From Myxococcota bacterium (GTDB lineage Bacteria > Myxococcota_A > Polyangia > Palsa-1104 > JAEUJZ01): DNA of 64,000 bases. Positions 63,621 to 64,000 of the stretch are shown piece after piece; the first letter of the stretch is position 1, and each line of letters opens with the position of its first letter. The notes below the pieces were generated by a model. The model searched no databases. It was given only the letters and a program-made list of their open reading frames with translations, and was not told where the DNA came from. Position numbers and translations under genes: made by a program. The stretch spans positions 3,434 through 67,433 of the forward strand of contig JANWXW010000079.1 in NCBI GenBank assembly GCA_025057315.1, written 5' to 3'.

Positions 63621-64000
63621 ATGGAAACGGCCAAAGTTGACATTCGCAAGCTGCAGCTCCTGAATGACCGCATCGTGCAGACCATCGATGCCCTGAACCA
63701 GGTCCGTCTGTCCGTGCATGGCCTGGGCCTGTCGCACACCGCTGGCTTCCCGCTGGGGACAACGACCTTCCCGGTCGCGCAGACCCTGAGCCCCATTCCG
63801 ACCGCCTACAACCCCTATGCATATCAGGCGCAGACCATCCAGCCGATGCTGCCGCAGTACCAGACCCTGCCTTACACCACGGGTCTCGCGCACAGCACGC
63901 CGTACTTCGGCCAGCTCCCGTTCATCCCGTACGCCACCCCCTTTGCACCGTTTGGCTATCAGACCCAGACAACGCCCTTGTTTGGCTACGGGCTGAGCCA
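63621..64000 (+). CDS. Hypothetical low-complexity (prion-like) protein with GL[S/A]H repeats, 3' end outside the window
   Basis: Not in the ORF track; SD AAGGAGG 63606-63612, ATG 63621, open to the window end: METAKVDIRKLQLLNDRIVQTIDALNQVRLSVHGLGLSHT...GLAHS...GYGLS. Confidence 0.85.
   Translation, partial: METAKVDIRKLQLLNDRIVQTIDALNQVRLSVHGLGLSHTAGFPLGTTTFPVAQTLSPIPTAYNPYAYQAQTIQPMLPQYQTLPYTTGLAHSTPYFGQLPFIPYATPFAPFGYQTQTTPLFGYGLS

Overview
High-GC bacterial chromosome segment. The gene content and protein styles (PDL-repeat lipoproteins, a eukaryotic-like Ser/Thr kinase ending in L-x-D-P-Y, a second RbfA-like gene) suggest Myxococcota, but that is inference only. About 41 CDSs; no rRNA, tRNA, CRISPR array or intact transposase seen. 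Housekeeping genes: cysS (5'-truncated), sucAB, thrC, lon, polA, hemJ, gltX. Accessory loci: a MoxR/DUF58/Bat operon with two large fusions, eutB without eutC, an agmatinase-family hydrolase, a TetR-RND efflux operon, two lipoproteins (one kelch), a degenerate kinase, HtrA, a Tat-signal TldD/TldE pair, a large S8 lipoprotein protease, a TamB-like protein and a gltX-CPBP-receiver-vWA operon. Two leads stand out. (1) At the right edge, an atypical Hsp20 is followed by an ORF missing from the ORF track that encodes a charge-free, P/Y/Q/T/F/G-rich prion-like protein with recurring GL[S/A]H motifs, behind a sigma54-like promoter. (2) An apparent operon joins a circularly permuted TrxR/YpdA-type flavoprotein fused to a NapH-like membrane Fe-S domain, an RlmN paralogue with altered motifs, a Rho-N-like protein and a di-haem cytochrome c peroxidase. 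All calls come from reading motifs by eye; no searches were run.
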